The translations under genes were made by a program, and so were the position numbers. DNA of 64,000 bases, taken from NCBI GenBank assembly GCA_038207085.1, contig JBBRAE010000008.1, forward strand, positions 63,743-127,742, in the 5' to 3' direction. The notes under the pieces are model-generated. The model worked only from the letters and a program-made list of their open reading frames with translations. It did no database searches and was not told the DNA's origin. This document shows positions 50,269 to 60,057 of this stretch, one piece after another. This DNA is from Armatimonadota bacterium (GTDB lineage: Bacteria > Armatimonadota > UBA5829 > DTLH01). Positions within the stretch are counted from its first letter, which is position 1. Each line of letters starts with the position of its first letter.

Positions 50269-50655
50269 CTACTGAAGCTGATGGTCGTCGTAGGTATCTG
50301 CAGTAGCGTTCGTTCCTTTGTCGCACACCGGTCTGGTCGACATATTACCGATAGAGTATGAACCGTTTGACGGGCAGGTCGGAAGGGTGTTGTCTGTGCC
50401 CTTCATATACTCTGTGACCAAGTCATCCTTGGTAGCGGTATCGGTTGCGCCCTTGCGATTGTCCATTGCCCACTGCTCTTTTGCAGTCTCGATCTGTCTC
50501 AGGTTGCCCTGGCAGCTCTTGGCACGTGACGACTCCCTGGCTCGCAGGAAGTTCGGGATAGCGATAGCGAGAAGGATTGCAATGATCAAAACCACGATCA
50601 TGATTTCGATGAGGGTGAAACCTCCACGTCGCTTCTTTCCATTAATACACAGCAT
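50269..50655 (-). CDS. Prepilin-type (type IV pilin/T2SS pseudopilin) protein 1
   Basis: KKRRGGFTLIEIMIVVLII..AIAIPNF and CPSNGSY..PVC; AAGGAGG SD. Confidence 0.9.
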   Translation of the reverse strand: MLCINGKKRRGGFTLIEIMIVVLIIAILLAIAIPNFLRARESSRAKSCQGNLRQIETAKEQWAMDNRKGATDTATKDDLVTEYMKGTDNTLPTCPSNGSYSIGNMSTRPVCDKGTNATADTYDDHQLQ

Positions 50656-51275
50656 GTTCTTTACTCTGCCTCCTTGGGGTTTGCTTCAAAGGGTGGCAAG
50701 CTTCCCATAACGCCCTTCACCCTGAATGCCTGACTGGTTATATGAGTCGGTAAATCGTGTTGGCTAAAGCCTCAGTGTTACGTGCCATGCCACACACTGG
50801 TCTGGTCGACAAAATCGTCGAAATATTCTTGGTCCACGTTCACCTCCTCCAGTCTTGCAAGTTGTGATCGTATACGGAGAAGACTCCGTCACTCAGAGTG
50901 GAACGAATCCCAATCTGGTCAACCATACAAGTTCTTCCACGAGTATGTTCGGCTCTTAACATGTATTTTGGCGATAATGGATTGTTGTTTTAGGGTAGGG
51001 GATGGGGAAATGCAAATTGCAAATTGGGGACTGGCGAGGGTTGGGAGGTTGTGGTCGCTCATACAGTGATCGTGTGCGATATTTATCGCGCCGGGTCTTT
51101 TATCGCGCCGGGTCTCCAGACCCGGCGCGCATATTCCCAGGGTCTGGAGACTAGTTGATGCCCCGGACTAAACTCCTCGTTCTTCTTTTCGGTCGGGAGC
51201 AATCTCCCGAGCGATCTGTGATGCACGGCACGATCTGGCTAACAGCTAATTGCTAAGAGCTAATAGCTCCAATAA

Positions 51276-52163
51276 CTATTCCCCCTCGACCAACGCCCGA
51301 ACGAACTCCTCGGGATCGAAGTCTTCGAGGTCATCGAGCTGTTCGCCGGTGCCGACGAGCTTGATAGGCACGCCGAGCTCGTCTTTGATCGTGATGACGA
51401 TGCCGCCTTTTGCGGTGCCGTCGAGCTTGGCGAGGGCGATTCCTGTCACATTGACCGCCTGCATAAACTCTTTTGCCTGGGTGACGGCGTTCTGTCCCGT
51501 GGTGGCGTCGAGGACCAAGAGCGTCTCCTCCGGCTGACGGCCAAGCGCGCGCTCGACCACCCGTCCCATCTTGTTCAGCTCCGACATCAGATTGACGGCG
51601 GTGTGGAGCCTGCCGGCGGTGTCGACGATGATGCAGTCAGTCCCACGAGCCATCCCAGCCTGCACCGCGTCAAAGATTACCGCCGATGGGTCCGCGCCGG
51701 GCTGATGCTTGATGATGTCCACACCGACTCGATTGGCCCAAATCTCTATCTGATCGATCGCCGCCGCCCGGAACGTGTCCCCAGCCGCAAGGATGACCTT
51801 CTTGCCCTGTTTCTTGAGCTTATGGGCAAGCTTGCCGATGGTAGTAGTCTTGCCGACGCCGTTCACCCCAACTATCACATACACGCTTGGAGGGGTGCTC
51901 GCGACTTTCAGCCTGTTGTCTCCGTCGGTTTTCAAAATGCCGAGCAGAATCTCCTCAAGCTTGGTCCGAACGTCCGAGGAGTCCGAGAGCCGCTCTTTGC
52001 GAGCCGCCGCCCGTAGTTCATCGACAATCTTCATAGTAGTATGAATGCTGATATCAGCCTGGATCAAAATCTCTTCCAGCTCATCAAACAGCTCATCATC
52101 AACAGGCCGCCGCCCAGTAAGCAGTTGGTCGACCTTCTGAAATATCCCTCTAAACAGTCGCAT
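51276..52163 (-). CDS. ftsY: SRP receptor FtsY
   Basis: GVNGVGKTT, DTFRAAA, DTAGR, DATTGQN and KLDGTAKGG; start ATG 52163. Confidence 0.97.
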   Translation of the reverse strand: MRLFRGIFQKVDQLLTGRRPVDDELFDELEEILIQADISIHTTMKIVDELRAAARKERLSDSSDVRTKLEEILLGILKTDGDNRLKVASTPPSVYVIVGVNGVGKTTTIGKLAHKLKKQGKKVILAAGDTFRAAAIDQIEIWANRVGVDIIKHQPGADPSAVIFDAVQAGMARGTDCIIVDTAGRLHTAVNLMSELNKMGRVVERALGRQPEETLLVLDATTGQNAVTQAKEFMQAVNVTGIALAKLDGTAKGGIVITIKDELGVPIKLVGTGEQLDDLEDFDPEEFVRALVEGE

Positions 52164-52181
52164 GTAAGTTATGTCTCCCAC

Positions 52182-52213
52182 AAAAAAAGAAGCAGCCCCG
52201 GCTGGGGCCGCCT
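52182..52213 (-). terminator. Intrinsic terminator at the end of the EPS operon
   Basis: Minus strand GGCGGCCCCAG-CCGGGGCTGCTTC followed by T7. Confidence 0.7.
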
Positions 52214-52297
52214 CCAATTATATCAAAACAAAGCAACTTCATGTAGGGGCGGACCAGCGTGTCCGCCATTTCTTCTGAAAGCTAACAGCTAATAGCT

Positions 52298-53239
52298 TTA
52301 ATAGTTCCACTTGTTGCGAAGAATCCAGCGAATGACCGACCACTTGTCTTTCTTGATCTCCGGGCTGACGCTTCCGATCATCCAGCAGTTCTTGCCGCAA
52401 TTTCGGGCCATCTTGCGGACCTCATCGGCGCGCGGGCTGGTCCAAATCTTCTCAAAAGAAGAGTCTTTTATGTTCCCCATACTCTCAGGGATCACGTTGC
52501 AGGGGTAAATCTCGCCGTATGGGTCGCAAAGGAAGATATCGCTCCCCATATTGCAGGGCTTCAGCCGCTCCCCGCCGTTGACGTAGTTGATGAGCCCGTG
52601 GTTAAAATACGCGCGGAACCAGTTCTTCGGACGCCGGGTCTTAAAAAGCTCGCGGATAAGCTGACGGAACGAGTCTGAGACCTCAGCCTTCTTGGTGATC
52701 GCGTTGTCCTGCTTGTGGAAATAGAACCCGTTGTGGAGCGCCGCCGTCGCGAACTCGACCTTGAGCCACTTGGCAAGTTCGTAGAGCTCCAACAGGTCCT
52801 CGTGGTTACGGTCAGAGACCGTGATCCCGAAGCCGATATCCTTCACTCCGAGCCTGTGCAGCTGCAGCAGCGTGCGCAGCCCGTGGTCGAACCCGTCCTG
52901 CAGGCCTCGAAGCTCGTCATTGGCCGTTGGGAGGCCTTCCAGGCTGATCCTGAAGCCGAGGTCGGGATACTTCTCCGCAAGTTTCACAACTCGGTCGGTA
53001 TAGTACCCGTTGGTGCTGATGCAGATGCGCTCGCTCTTGGGCTTTACGATCTTGACGATGTCTTCGATCTCGGCGCGAAGAAACGGCTCTCCGCCGGTGA
53101 TGTTCAGGAACTTGACGTTCGGGAACTTCTCGTAATATTCAACCGGCAGCTCTTCGGCGGGCTCACTCGGAAACTGCCAGGTGTTGCACATATGACACTT
53201 CGCGTTGCAGCGATAAGTAGCGACTAAAATCCCTTCCAT
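52298..53239 (-). CDS. Radical SAM/SPASM(twitch)-domain protein
   Basis: CNAKCHMC, TGGEP, STNG and C-terminal PCNMG..PCN..CGKNCWMIG; start ATG 53239. Confidence 0.92.
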   Translation of the reverse strand: MEGILVATYRCNAKCHMCNTWQFPSEPAEELPVEYYEKFPNVKFLNITGGEPFLRAEIEDIVKIVKPKSERICISTNGYYTDRVVKLAEKYPDLGFRISLEGLPTANDELRGLQDGFDHGLRTLLQLHRLGVKDIGFGITVSDRNHEDLLELYELAKWLKVEFATAALHNGFYFHKQDNAITKKAEVSDSFRQLIRELFKTRRPKNWFRAYFNHGLINYVNGGERLKPCNMGSDIFLCDPYGEIYPCNVIPESMGNIKDSSFEKIWTSPRADEVRKMARNCGKNCWMIGSVSPEIKKDKWSVIRWILRNKWNY

Positions 53240-53294
53240 TTGGTTACTCCTATAAGTTGATGGGGCGGGAGCTTGATCGGTTCTGATGGGGCGT

Positions 53295-53350
53295 GATCGT
53301 GCGGGAGATGTCTCCCGCACGAAACAGAATCCGCGGGATATTCATCCCGC
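53295..53350. repeat. Short palindromic repeat family 2 (two hairpins)
   Basis: GATCGTGCGGGAGATGTCTCCCGCACGAAACAGAA plus GCGGGATATTCATCCCGC. Confidence 0.7.
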
Positions 53351-53356
53351 CCAAAC

Positions 53357-54508
53357 TCACAAATTTACTACGTTTTTAACTGGTTCGTCGAGCTGCGACT
53401 GGGCCCCGATTTTCTCATCAAGAAGCGACTGATAAAGATTCACGGTCTTAACTGCGATGCTGTCGTAGCTGTACTCCTCGACGCCCATTGCGTGAGCTTT
53501 CTTTCCAAGCTCTTCGGCCATCGCCGGGTCATCTTCGACCTTCTGCAGCGCCTCCGCGAGATCACCTACGTTCTTACTCTCAAATATTAGCCCGCAGTCT
53601 TTGACGACTTCCATACACGCGGGAATATCGCTCGCGATGACGCACTTGCCGAAGGCCACGGCCTCAAGCAGCGTGATCGGCATGCCTTCGATGGTCGAGG
53701 GGTGCACGTAGGCGTAGGCGTTGGTGTATAGCTCGCGCACGGTGTCACCGTAGACATAGTCGGTGAAAATCACACGCTCCCCGGCCATCGCCTTCAGGCT
53801 CTCCATATATTCATCGCTGTGGCTTGAGCCTCCCGCGATGACGAGCTTCTTGTCGGTCTTCAGCTTCTTGAACGCCTCGATTAGAAAATGCGCTCCCTTT
53901 TCAGGAACGAGCCTCGCAAGGAAGAGATAATAGTCTCCGCCCAGAAGTCCCCACTGCTTGATCTCGTTTGGCGCGATCTCCACGGGGTCGAGCACTGCGC
54001 TTGGGATATAGTCCACGTGCTTGTGATACTTTTCCTCAAGATAGCTTTTGAGATACTTTGAGACCGCGATCGTCGCCTGCGGGAACTTCACCGCCGCCCG
54101 CTCACCGAGTTTCAAGTATATCTTGGCCTTGCTGCCCCACTTTTCGCGCTCCCAGTCCAGCCCATGCACGGTTGCGACGGTCTTCTTGCCGAAGAACCGG
54201 GGCATAAACGACATTGTCGAGGGTCCAATCGCGTGGTAGTGGACGATATCGTAATCCTGCCAGAGTATGTGAAGCGTCGATATGAACGTGTGGGTGATGG
54301 CGTCCAGGTTCTTGTTCTTGACGGTGGGCAGCTTCTTCAGCCTGATCCCTTTGTAGAACTGATCGGGCGTAGTCGTATAGTAGGGCCGGCAGTAGACGGT
54401 GACGTCGTGACCCATCTTGGCGAAGCGCAACGCGAGTTGTTCGACGTGATGCTCGATGCCTCCCCAGGTCGCCGGTATCCCTTTTGTCCCAACAATCGCA
54501 ATCTTCAT
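53357..54508 (-). CDS. Glycosyltransferase family 4
   Basis: GTKGIPATWGGIE, HGLDW, ARLVPEKG and EGMPITLLEA. Confidence 0.94.
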   Translation of the reverse strand: MKIAIVGTKGIPATWGGIEHHVEQLALRFAKMGHDVTVYCRPYYTTTPDQFYKGIRLKKLPTVKNKNLDAITHTFISTLHILWQDYDIVHYHAIGPSTMSFMPRFFGKKTVATVHGLDWEREKWGSKAKIYLKLGERAAVKFPQATIAVSKYLKSYLEEKYHKHVDYIPSAVLDPVEIAPNEIKQWGLLGGDYYLFLARLVPEKGAHFLIEAFKKLKTDKKLVIAGGSSHSDEYMESLKAMAGERVIFTDYVYGDTVRELYTNAYAYVHPSTIEGMPITLLEAVAFGKCVIASDIPACMEVVKDCGLIFESKNVGDLAEALQKVEDDPAMAEELGKKAHAMGVEEYSYDSIAVKTVNLYQSLLDEKIGAQSQLDEPVKNVVNL

Positions 54509-54518
54509 TCGGTATATC

Positions 54519-55214
54519 TTACTCCGCGCCGAGTTCTTTTAGCACCTTGTCGCTCGGCTCGAAGGTCGCCTTCTTCTTCACAACCTTCAGAATATCTTTT
54601 TCGAGTGAAACGCACAGGTCAGTTGCTGCGGCTTCCGCGCTTGCCCGGTCGTAGTCGACCGGCGAGGTGAACTTGACCATCGCAGACGGCTCAACTGTCT
54701 TAAACACGTTCCTAAACGACTGCGATAGCTTGCTTCCAAGCGTCGGTGTCACTTCACCAGCCATATAGAACCAGTAGATGAGCACGATCTCGCCCTGGCG
54801 TTCGCTTCTCATGTTGTTGAGAACCGCGAGGTGTTCGGGTGCGCCGATCGGCTTGATTTTGATCAACCTCTGATTGATCACCTGCCATCCCGCCCCGTTC
54901 ATGCAGACTTCAGGCTGGTGGAAATCACCAAGATCCAGACCAAGAACCACGCTGAGCTGCGCCGAAGCGCCAGACAAGTCTTTATAGTAGCTGCGGTTAA
55001 GCAACTGGCATGTGCTTAGCTGTGCGTAGACGCTGGCGGCGCCATCAAACTGCTGGTTTGTGCCGTACCAGCCGTTGGCGTGCAGCGGAATCTCGCTGAA
55101 GTCCTCCGACAGGCGCATCCCGACCGATCCAGGATTTGGGCTCAGAGTTATCAGTCCCGCCCAGGCGAGCACAAGCGTCATTAGCACTACGGCATAAATC
55201 TGAAATCTCGGCAT
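54519..55214 (-). CDS. epsI: EpsI-family exosortase-associated protein
   Basis: N-terminal TM, FHQPEVCMNGAGW and YWF; adjacent to the exosortase. Confidence 0.8.
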   Translation of the reverse strand: MPRFQIYAVVLMTLVLAWAGLITLSPNPGSVGMRLSEDFSEIPLHANGWYGTNQQFDGAASVYAQLSTCQLLNRSYYKDLSGASAQLSVVLGLDLGDFHQPEVCMNGAGWQVINQRLIKIKPIGAPEHLAVLNNMRSERQGEIVLIYWFYMAGEVTPTLGSKLSQSFRNVFKTVEPSAMVKFTSPVDYDRASAEAAATDLCVSLEKDILKVVKKKATFEPSDKVLKELGAE

Positions 55215-56110
55215 TTGACCACCTTAGCTGCATATACGTAAAGCAGATACATTGAAATAAACACGATGACATAGCCGCCTTGATCGTGGGCGATCTTCAT
55301 CGCATCATGGCCCATGTTCTCTCCGACAAGAGCCACCACAAACACACGGACGGAGTTGGTGATAAGCGCTACCGGCGGGACGATGGCGACAATGCTGAGC
55401 CTCTTCCAGATTGGGCCATCGAGCACATAAGCAAGCACCGAGGCAAAGGCAAGGAGCATCACAAGCGTTCGGATGCCGCTGCATGCCGCCGCGACCTCAA
55501 CCTTGAATCCCGACCCAAACACGATGAATGTGCCTTCCCGCATTGCGTTGAACCCAATGACCTTCAGCCCGGCGGTAGCAAGCACCGTGCTTGCCATCTG
55601 GATATCGTGGCTGAGCTGAGTGATGATCGACGCGGGCGGAACGCACATAAACGTCAAAAACGCCAGTGGGAACCACATCACCTTGGTCGCCTGCCAACCA
55701 AAGAGCATAAGTGACATACCCGCGACGACAAAGGGTATCGTCATCCCGGCCATACTGAGCCCTGCGCTGCGATGTCCGGCGAACTGCACCAGGATCATCG
55801 GCAGGATCACGAGTGCACCCAGGAGATTGGGTCGCACGGGGACTTTGGAGATACGTTTCCCGTCAAGCCAGATCAAGAACCCGCAGATAAACGGCACGAG
55901 TATCCCGTGGGAGTACTCGCTTTCCTCTCTCCACCACGCAGCCCATTCCCACTGCATTGTGTTCTTGTAGACGATGGCGAGGGCGAGAATCGTGATGATC
56001 CCAAGAACTTGCCAAACTCTGTTTGTCACAACGTCTCCGACTGTGACAACTCCGGGTTTCGTTTCCTGTTCTAATTCCAGTATCTTAGTAGTATCCAAGG
56101 CACCTCTCAC
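55187..56110 (-). CDS. Exosortase (EpsH family)
   Basis: EYSHG, about 8 TMs, and catalytic Cys (AACSGIR), Arg (NSVRV) and His (AHD). Confidence 0.93.
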   Translation of the reverse strand: MRGALDTTKILELEQETKPGVVTVGDVVTNRVWQVLGIITILALAIVYKNTMQWEWAAWWREESEYSHGILVPFICGFLIWLDGKRISKVPVRPNLLGALVILPMILVQFAGHRSAGLSMAGMTIPFVVAGMSLMLFGWQATKVMWFPLAFLTFMCVPPASIITQLSHDIQMASTVLATAGLKVIGFNAMREGTFIVFGSGFKVEVAAACSGIRTLVMLLAFASVLAYVLDGPIWKRLSIVAIVPPVALITNSVRVFVVALVGENMGHDAMKIAHDQGGYVIVFISMYLLYVYAAKVVKCRDFRFMP

Positions 56111-56766
56111 CTAGCTCCGCGGCCTGTGAGCACCGCGGGGATTGTGCGCAGCAAAATAATGAAGTCCAGGCGCAGTGACTGGTTTGCAATATACTGCAGG
56201 TCGAGATCGACCCACCGTTCAAAAGACAGATCGCTACGTCCGCTCACCTGCCAAAGACATGTCATACCGGGAACAACCGCAAGCCTACCGAGCGCCCTTT
56301 CGGTGTAATGCTCCACTTCATTTGGAAGCGGCGGTCTGGGTCCGACAAGACTCATCTCGCCTTTTAGCACATTGATCAGCTGCGGCAGTTCGTCGAGACT
56401 GCTTTTGCGCAGCATAGCGCCGACGCGTGTGATTCTCGGGTCCCGCTTGATCTTGAATATCGGCCCGCTGGCCTCGTTCAAGTGAACAAGGGAAGCCCTT
56501 ATGCGCTCTGCGTCATTGCACATCGATCGAAATTTATAAAGCTTGAACTTGCGCCTGTCTTTGCCGACGCGGGTCTGCGCAAAGAACACGGGTCCGGGAG
56601 AATCGATCCTGACGGCGAGGGCGATCAAGACCACAAACGGGGCGAGCAGAAGAAGCGCTATGGCGGCGACAACAACGTCTACGCCACGCTTAACAATCGC
56701 TCTCCAGCCTCGGAACCGTCTCCGCGGCGCAAATGCCTCCAAGACGACCTGTTGCATCTGTTTCAA
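56107..56766 (-). CDS. Priming sugar transferase (Bac_transf)
   Basis: [33 protein letters not shown] and PGMTCLWQV. Confidence 0.95.
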   Translation of the reverse strand: MKQMQQVVLEAFAPRRRFRGWRAIVKRGVDVVVAAIALLLLAPFVVLIALAVRIDSPGPVFFAQTRVGKDRRKFKLYKFRSMCNDAERIRASLVHLNEASGPIFKIKRDPRITRVGAMLRKSSLDELPQLINVLKGEMSLVGPRPPLPNEVEHYTERALGRLAVVPGMTCLWQVSGRSDLSFERWVDLDLQYIANQSLRLDFIILLRTIPAVLTGRGAR

Positions 56767-56910
56767 CCGTCTGCGAAATATATACAGTGTCGCAAACGTC
56801 CCTTCAACCTTTGCAAGCGTGCCAATGGCCGCTCACTATCATTGTAATATGCCGGAGTCTGAAGCCCCGATCAATTAATGAGTTTCTGTTGGCGTAGAAT
56901 TAGATTAACA

Positions 56911-56947
56911 CCCCTCTCCCCATGAGGGAGAGGGTTAGGGTGAGGGG
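56911..56947 (-). repeat. CCCTCACCCTAACCCTCTCCC...GGGAGAGGG-type intergenic palindrome
   Basis: Minus strand CCCCTCACCCTAACCCTCTCCCTCATGGGGAGAGGGG. Confidence 0.65.
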
Positions 56948-56978
56948 TATTATCTAATACACGACCAATTGAAACTCT

Positions 56979-59108
56979 CTAGCTCTGGTCTTCATCCTGT
57001 CCCGAAGGAATCGCCTTGACGCCGCCAACGATCGCCGCGACCTTGGCTGCTCCCTGCGCCGTAAGGTCCTGATAGAACCGGCGATAATGGAAGTAGCCGT
57101 GGCAGTCCTCAGGTCTGACCTTGTTCAGCAGGACGCCGATGACATTGGCGCCCGCAAGATCGAGCTTGCTTCTGAACTCCGACTCCGAACCTCTTGGAAC
57201 CTTGCCCGCCGCGTGAACGAGCACAACGTTCCTGGCGTGAGCTGCAACAAGGGATGCGTCGGCAAATGTGACGCCGGCGGGAGTGTCAAACACTACAAAG
57301 TCCGCGAGTGTCCCGATCTCTTTGGTGAACTCCGCCATCTTATCTGAGCGAAGCAGCCGGATTGGGTTGTCAGGCGCGGGCCCTGCGGCCATAAAGAGCA
57401 GTCCCTCCACCTTGGTAGGAACCACCGCGTCTTCGATCGACACCGCGCCGGAGAGCACGTTGCTAAGTCCCGGCTTGTTGGCAAGTCCGAACATCAGGTG
57501 AAGCTGGGGCTTGCGCATATCGGCGTCTACAAGAATCACTCGTGCCCCGTCGCGGGCAAGCGTGATCGCGAGGTTTGATGCGGTCACCGTCCGGCCAACC
57601 TCAGGCTCCGCGCTCGCGACGACTACGGTAGGCTGGGACGTCTTTGCCACAGTGCTCCAAAGCGTCGCGGTGATCATCTCGTGCGATGCCAGAAGCCCTT
57701 CGTTGTCGGGCCTTCTTGCAAGGCTGTGGGAGCGCGAAAGCGGGATGACCGATATAACGGGGAGTCCGAGAAGGTCTTCGGCCTCCGCCGGTGTCTTGAC
57801 GGTATTGTCGAGATAGTTCAACAGGAACGCGATACCCGCGCCAAGGAGCGGACTAAGGGCAAGCGCGAGCGCCATCTTGAGTGCAAGCTTGCGCTCAACC
57901 GGGTAGACGTAGGCAGGGTCGATCATCTTGATCGTGCTGTCTTTGCTCGACTCGTTGACCTTGAGCTTTGCTTCTTCCAGCTTGGAGAGCAGGAGCCTGT
58001 AGGTTTCTTCGGCGGACTGAACGTCCACTTGGAGCCCGGCCATCTTCATTTCCTGCTCAGGCAGCGCGTGAAGTTTAACTTTCTGCTCTTCAAGGGCAAT
58101 GTTTAGCGCGGCCTCACGTGCATCGGCCCCTGCGGCTTCAGCGTTCAACGTGATTTGGCTCTCAATCGCGGCGTTGATCTTGGGGTTGAGCGTCTGGCCT
58201 TTGGCGTTCACCATCATCGGCGCTTGTTTTTTGATCTGAGAGTTGACTTCGGCGATCTGCTTTTGTATCGCCTGCACGTCGGGGTGATTGCGTCCCCTTG
58301 TAGCAAGCATCTTGCCAAGCTCGGTCTCGAGCCTCACCTTGTCGCTCAAAAGCTGCTGATAAATAGGGTTATTGGATGTCTGCTCGCTTGTCATGATCAT
58401 CCGGTCTTCGCCTTTGACGAGGCTCTGTATCTGTGCGAGCCTGCTGCGCGCTTCACTTGCCGTCACGTGCGCCTGCATAGCGTCCGCCTCGATCTGGGAA
58501 GTGCGCTGGACCAGCGTCTGGGACTGAATATTCAGTTCGACGACGTCGTTGTTGGTCTTGAACTCCTTGAGAGCTTCGCGTGCTGTTCTGACCCTCTTCT
58601 TCGCGTCTTTGAGCTGCTTTTCGATGAACTCTCGGCTCTGCTCGGCTGCTCCGGCAACCAGTTCCCTGTAGAACCTTTGGAACTCAGCCGCGACAACGTC
58701 TGCTGCCGACTTCGCCTCTCCGCTATCCGGCGATGTCACTTCGATCTGAATGATCTGGGTGTCCTCGACCGGCTTAACCTCAAGCGTACGGATCAGTTTC
58801 ACAGGGTCTATGGTAATTCCGAGGTCTTCGAGCGAAGAGACGGACCGGGTGATAACCGTGTTACTTGTGGCAATGTGCGCGAGGTCAGCGAGGTGGATTT
58901 CCACCGAACTGTTCATCGCGTAGGGCTGATTATACACCTGTACCGGCTGCTGGTTCGGCTGACGTTCCATAAGACGGCATCGACCCGTCCACTGGTCCGG
59001 TGTCATGAATTTGCTCTGCACAAACACGACCGTTACGCAAGTCAGCACACAGAATAGTATCAACCATCTCCGTCGGCGGAGAATCCTATAATATCGCCAA
59101 AGTTCCAA
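56979..59108 (-). CDS. Wzc/GumC-like polysaccharide co-polymerase with BY-kinase domain
   Basis: Two TMs flanking a coiled coil; SAEPEVGRT (Walker A variant), VDADMRKP, VFDTP and a Tyr-containing tail. Confidence 0.9.
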   Translation of the reverse strand: MELWRYYRILRRRRWLILFCVLTCVTVVFVQSKFMTPDQWTGRCRLMERQPNQQPVQVYNQPYAMNSSVEIHLADLAHIATSNTVITRSVSSLEDLGITIDPVKLIRTLEVKPVEDTQIIQIEVTSPDSGEAKSAADVVAAEFQRFYRELVAGAAEQSREFIEKQLKDAKKRVRTAREALKEFKTNNDVVELNIQSQTLVQRTSQIEADAMQAHVTASEARSRLAQIQSLVKGEDRMIMTSEQTSNNPIYQQLLSDKVRLETELGKMLATRGRNHPDVQAIQKQIAEVNSQIKKQAPMMVNAKGQTLNPKINAAIESQITLNAEAAGADAREAALNIALEEQKVKLHALPEQEMKMAGLQVDVQSAEETYRLLLSKLEEAKLKVNESSKDSTIKMIDPAYVYPVERKLALKMALALALSPLLGAGIAFLLNYLDNTVKTPAEAEDLLGLPVISVIPLSRSHSLARRPDNEGLLASHEMITATLWSTVAKTSQPTVVVASAEPEVGRTVTASNLAITLARDGARVILVDADMRKPQLHLMFGLANKPGLSNVLSGAVSIEDAVVPTKVEGLLFMAAGPAPDNPIRLLRSDKMAEFTKEIGTLADFVVFDTPAGVTFADASLVAAHARNVVLVHAAGKVPRGSESEFRSKLDLAGANVIGVLLNKVRPEDCHGYFHYRRFYQDLTAQGAAKVAAIVGGVKAIPSGQDEDQS

Positions 59109-59157
59109 ATCGTCCTCCAGGTGTCAGGGCCAGTATCGAAGATCGTATCGGTAATAC

Positions 59158-60057
59158 TTAGAATCCGAACCGTCTCAGAGACAACGCGCCAGTTACAGTA
59201 TTTAAAATGGTTGCAATCTTGTTCCAGTTGGGCTTTGATGTCTCGGGTACGATGACCACATCGCCCGGTTCAAGCTTTACGTCCTGTGAGACATCGCCTT
59301 TCTTGATCCGGCCGATGTCCACAATCCGCTTTTCGGGGTTTTTGAGGTCGCCGCGAACGAGCACGGTCCCTTTGAGCGATCCTCGCTCGGTCTCTCCCCC
59401 CGCCATCATAACCGCGGAAAGCACGCTCGCATTCTCTTTGAGCTTGAACATGCCCGGCTGTCGGACTTCCCCAAGGACATAGTACTTGTTGAAAGTGTCT
59501 TCAGGGATATATATGGTGTCGCCCTCTTGGAGCGCATAGTTCTGACTGAGGTCTCCGAGCAGGAGCATCTTGCGCAGGTCGATTGGGATCTGCTGGTCGG
59601 AGTTTTTGTGAGTAAGCGTCGCCGATTCAAGCCACGCGTCGGGCATTGTGCTTCCGGCGGCGGAGATTGCTGTCGTCAGTGAGTCTCCTTGCTTGAAATC
59701 CACGGGGCCGGGGCGTCCAACCTGTCCAAGCACCCACACCTGCATCTTGTGTCTATTGATCACATTGATATCGATCTTTGGGTCGAGTAGAATCTCTGCT
59801 TTGACGTACTCATCGTGGATCTTTTGGGAAAGCTCCTGCTGAGTCATCCCCTTTGCCTGTATGACGCCATTGATGTAAGGCACGGTGATGTTGCCGTCCG
59901 GGTTGATCTGAAGTTGTTTTCTCGATAGCTCCGGCTCCTGCCAGATGTTCATCTCGATAACATCATCAGGCGCAAGACGGTAATCGTCGGCAAACGCGGG
60001 GACAACGATCACCCCCAGCACGATTATCGCAAACAAAACTGCTTGTATATTACGCAA
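59158..60057 (-). CDS. Polysaccharide export protein (Wza-like, Poly_export + SLBB)
   Basis: YRLAPDD, PDGNITVPYI, VLGQVGRPG, VLGEVRQPG and LEPGDVVIVP. Confidence 0.9.
   Translation of the reverse strand: MRNIQAVLFAIIVLGVIVVPAFADDYRLAPDDVIEMNIWQEPELSRKQLQINPDGNITVPYINGVIQAKGMTQQELSQKIHDEYVKAEILLDPKIDINVINRHKMQVWVLGQVGRPGPVDFKQGDSLTTAISAAGSTMPDAWLESATLTHKNSDQQIPIDLRKMLLLGDLSQNYALQEGDTIYIPEDTFNKYYVLGEVRQPGMFKLKENASVLSAVMMAGGETERGSLKGTVLVRGDLKNPEKRIVDIGRIKKGDVSQDVKLEPGDVVIVPETSKPNWNKIATILNTVTGALSLRRFGF

Noticed and set aside
50660..50800. c-di-GMP riboswitch or sigma54 promoter upstream of the pilin
   Set aside because: No GGCAAAC/GACGCAAAGC core, and the TGGCAC there lacks a correctly spaced TTGC.
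56808..56826. Possible sigma54 promoter before the sugar transferase (TGGCAC-GC-TTGCA, minus strand)
   Set aside because: The GG-to-GC spacing is 3 nt too short for a -24/-12 promoter.
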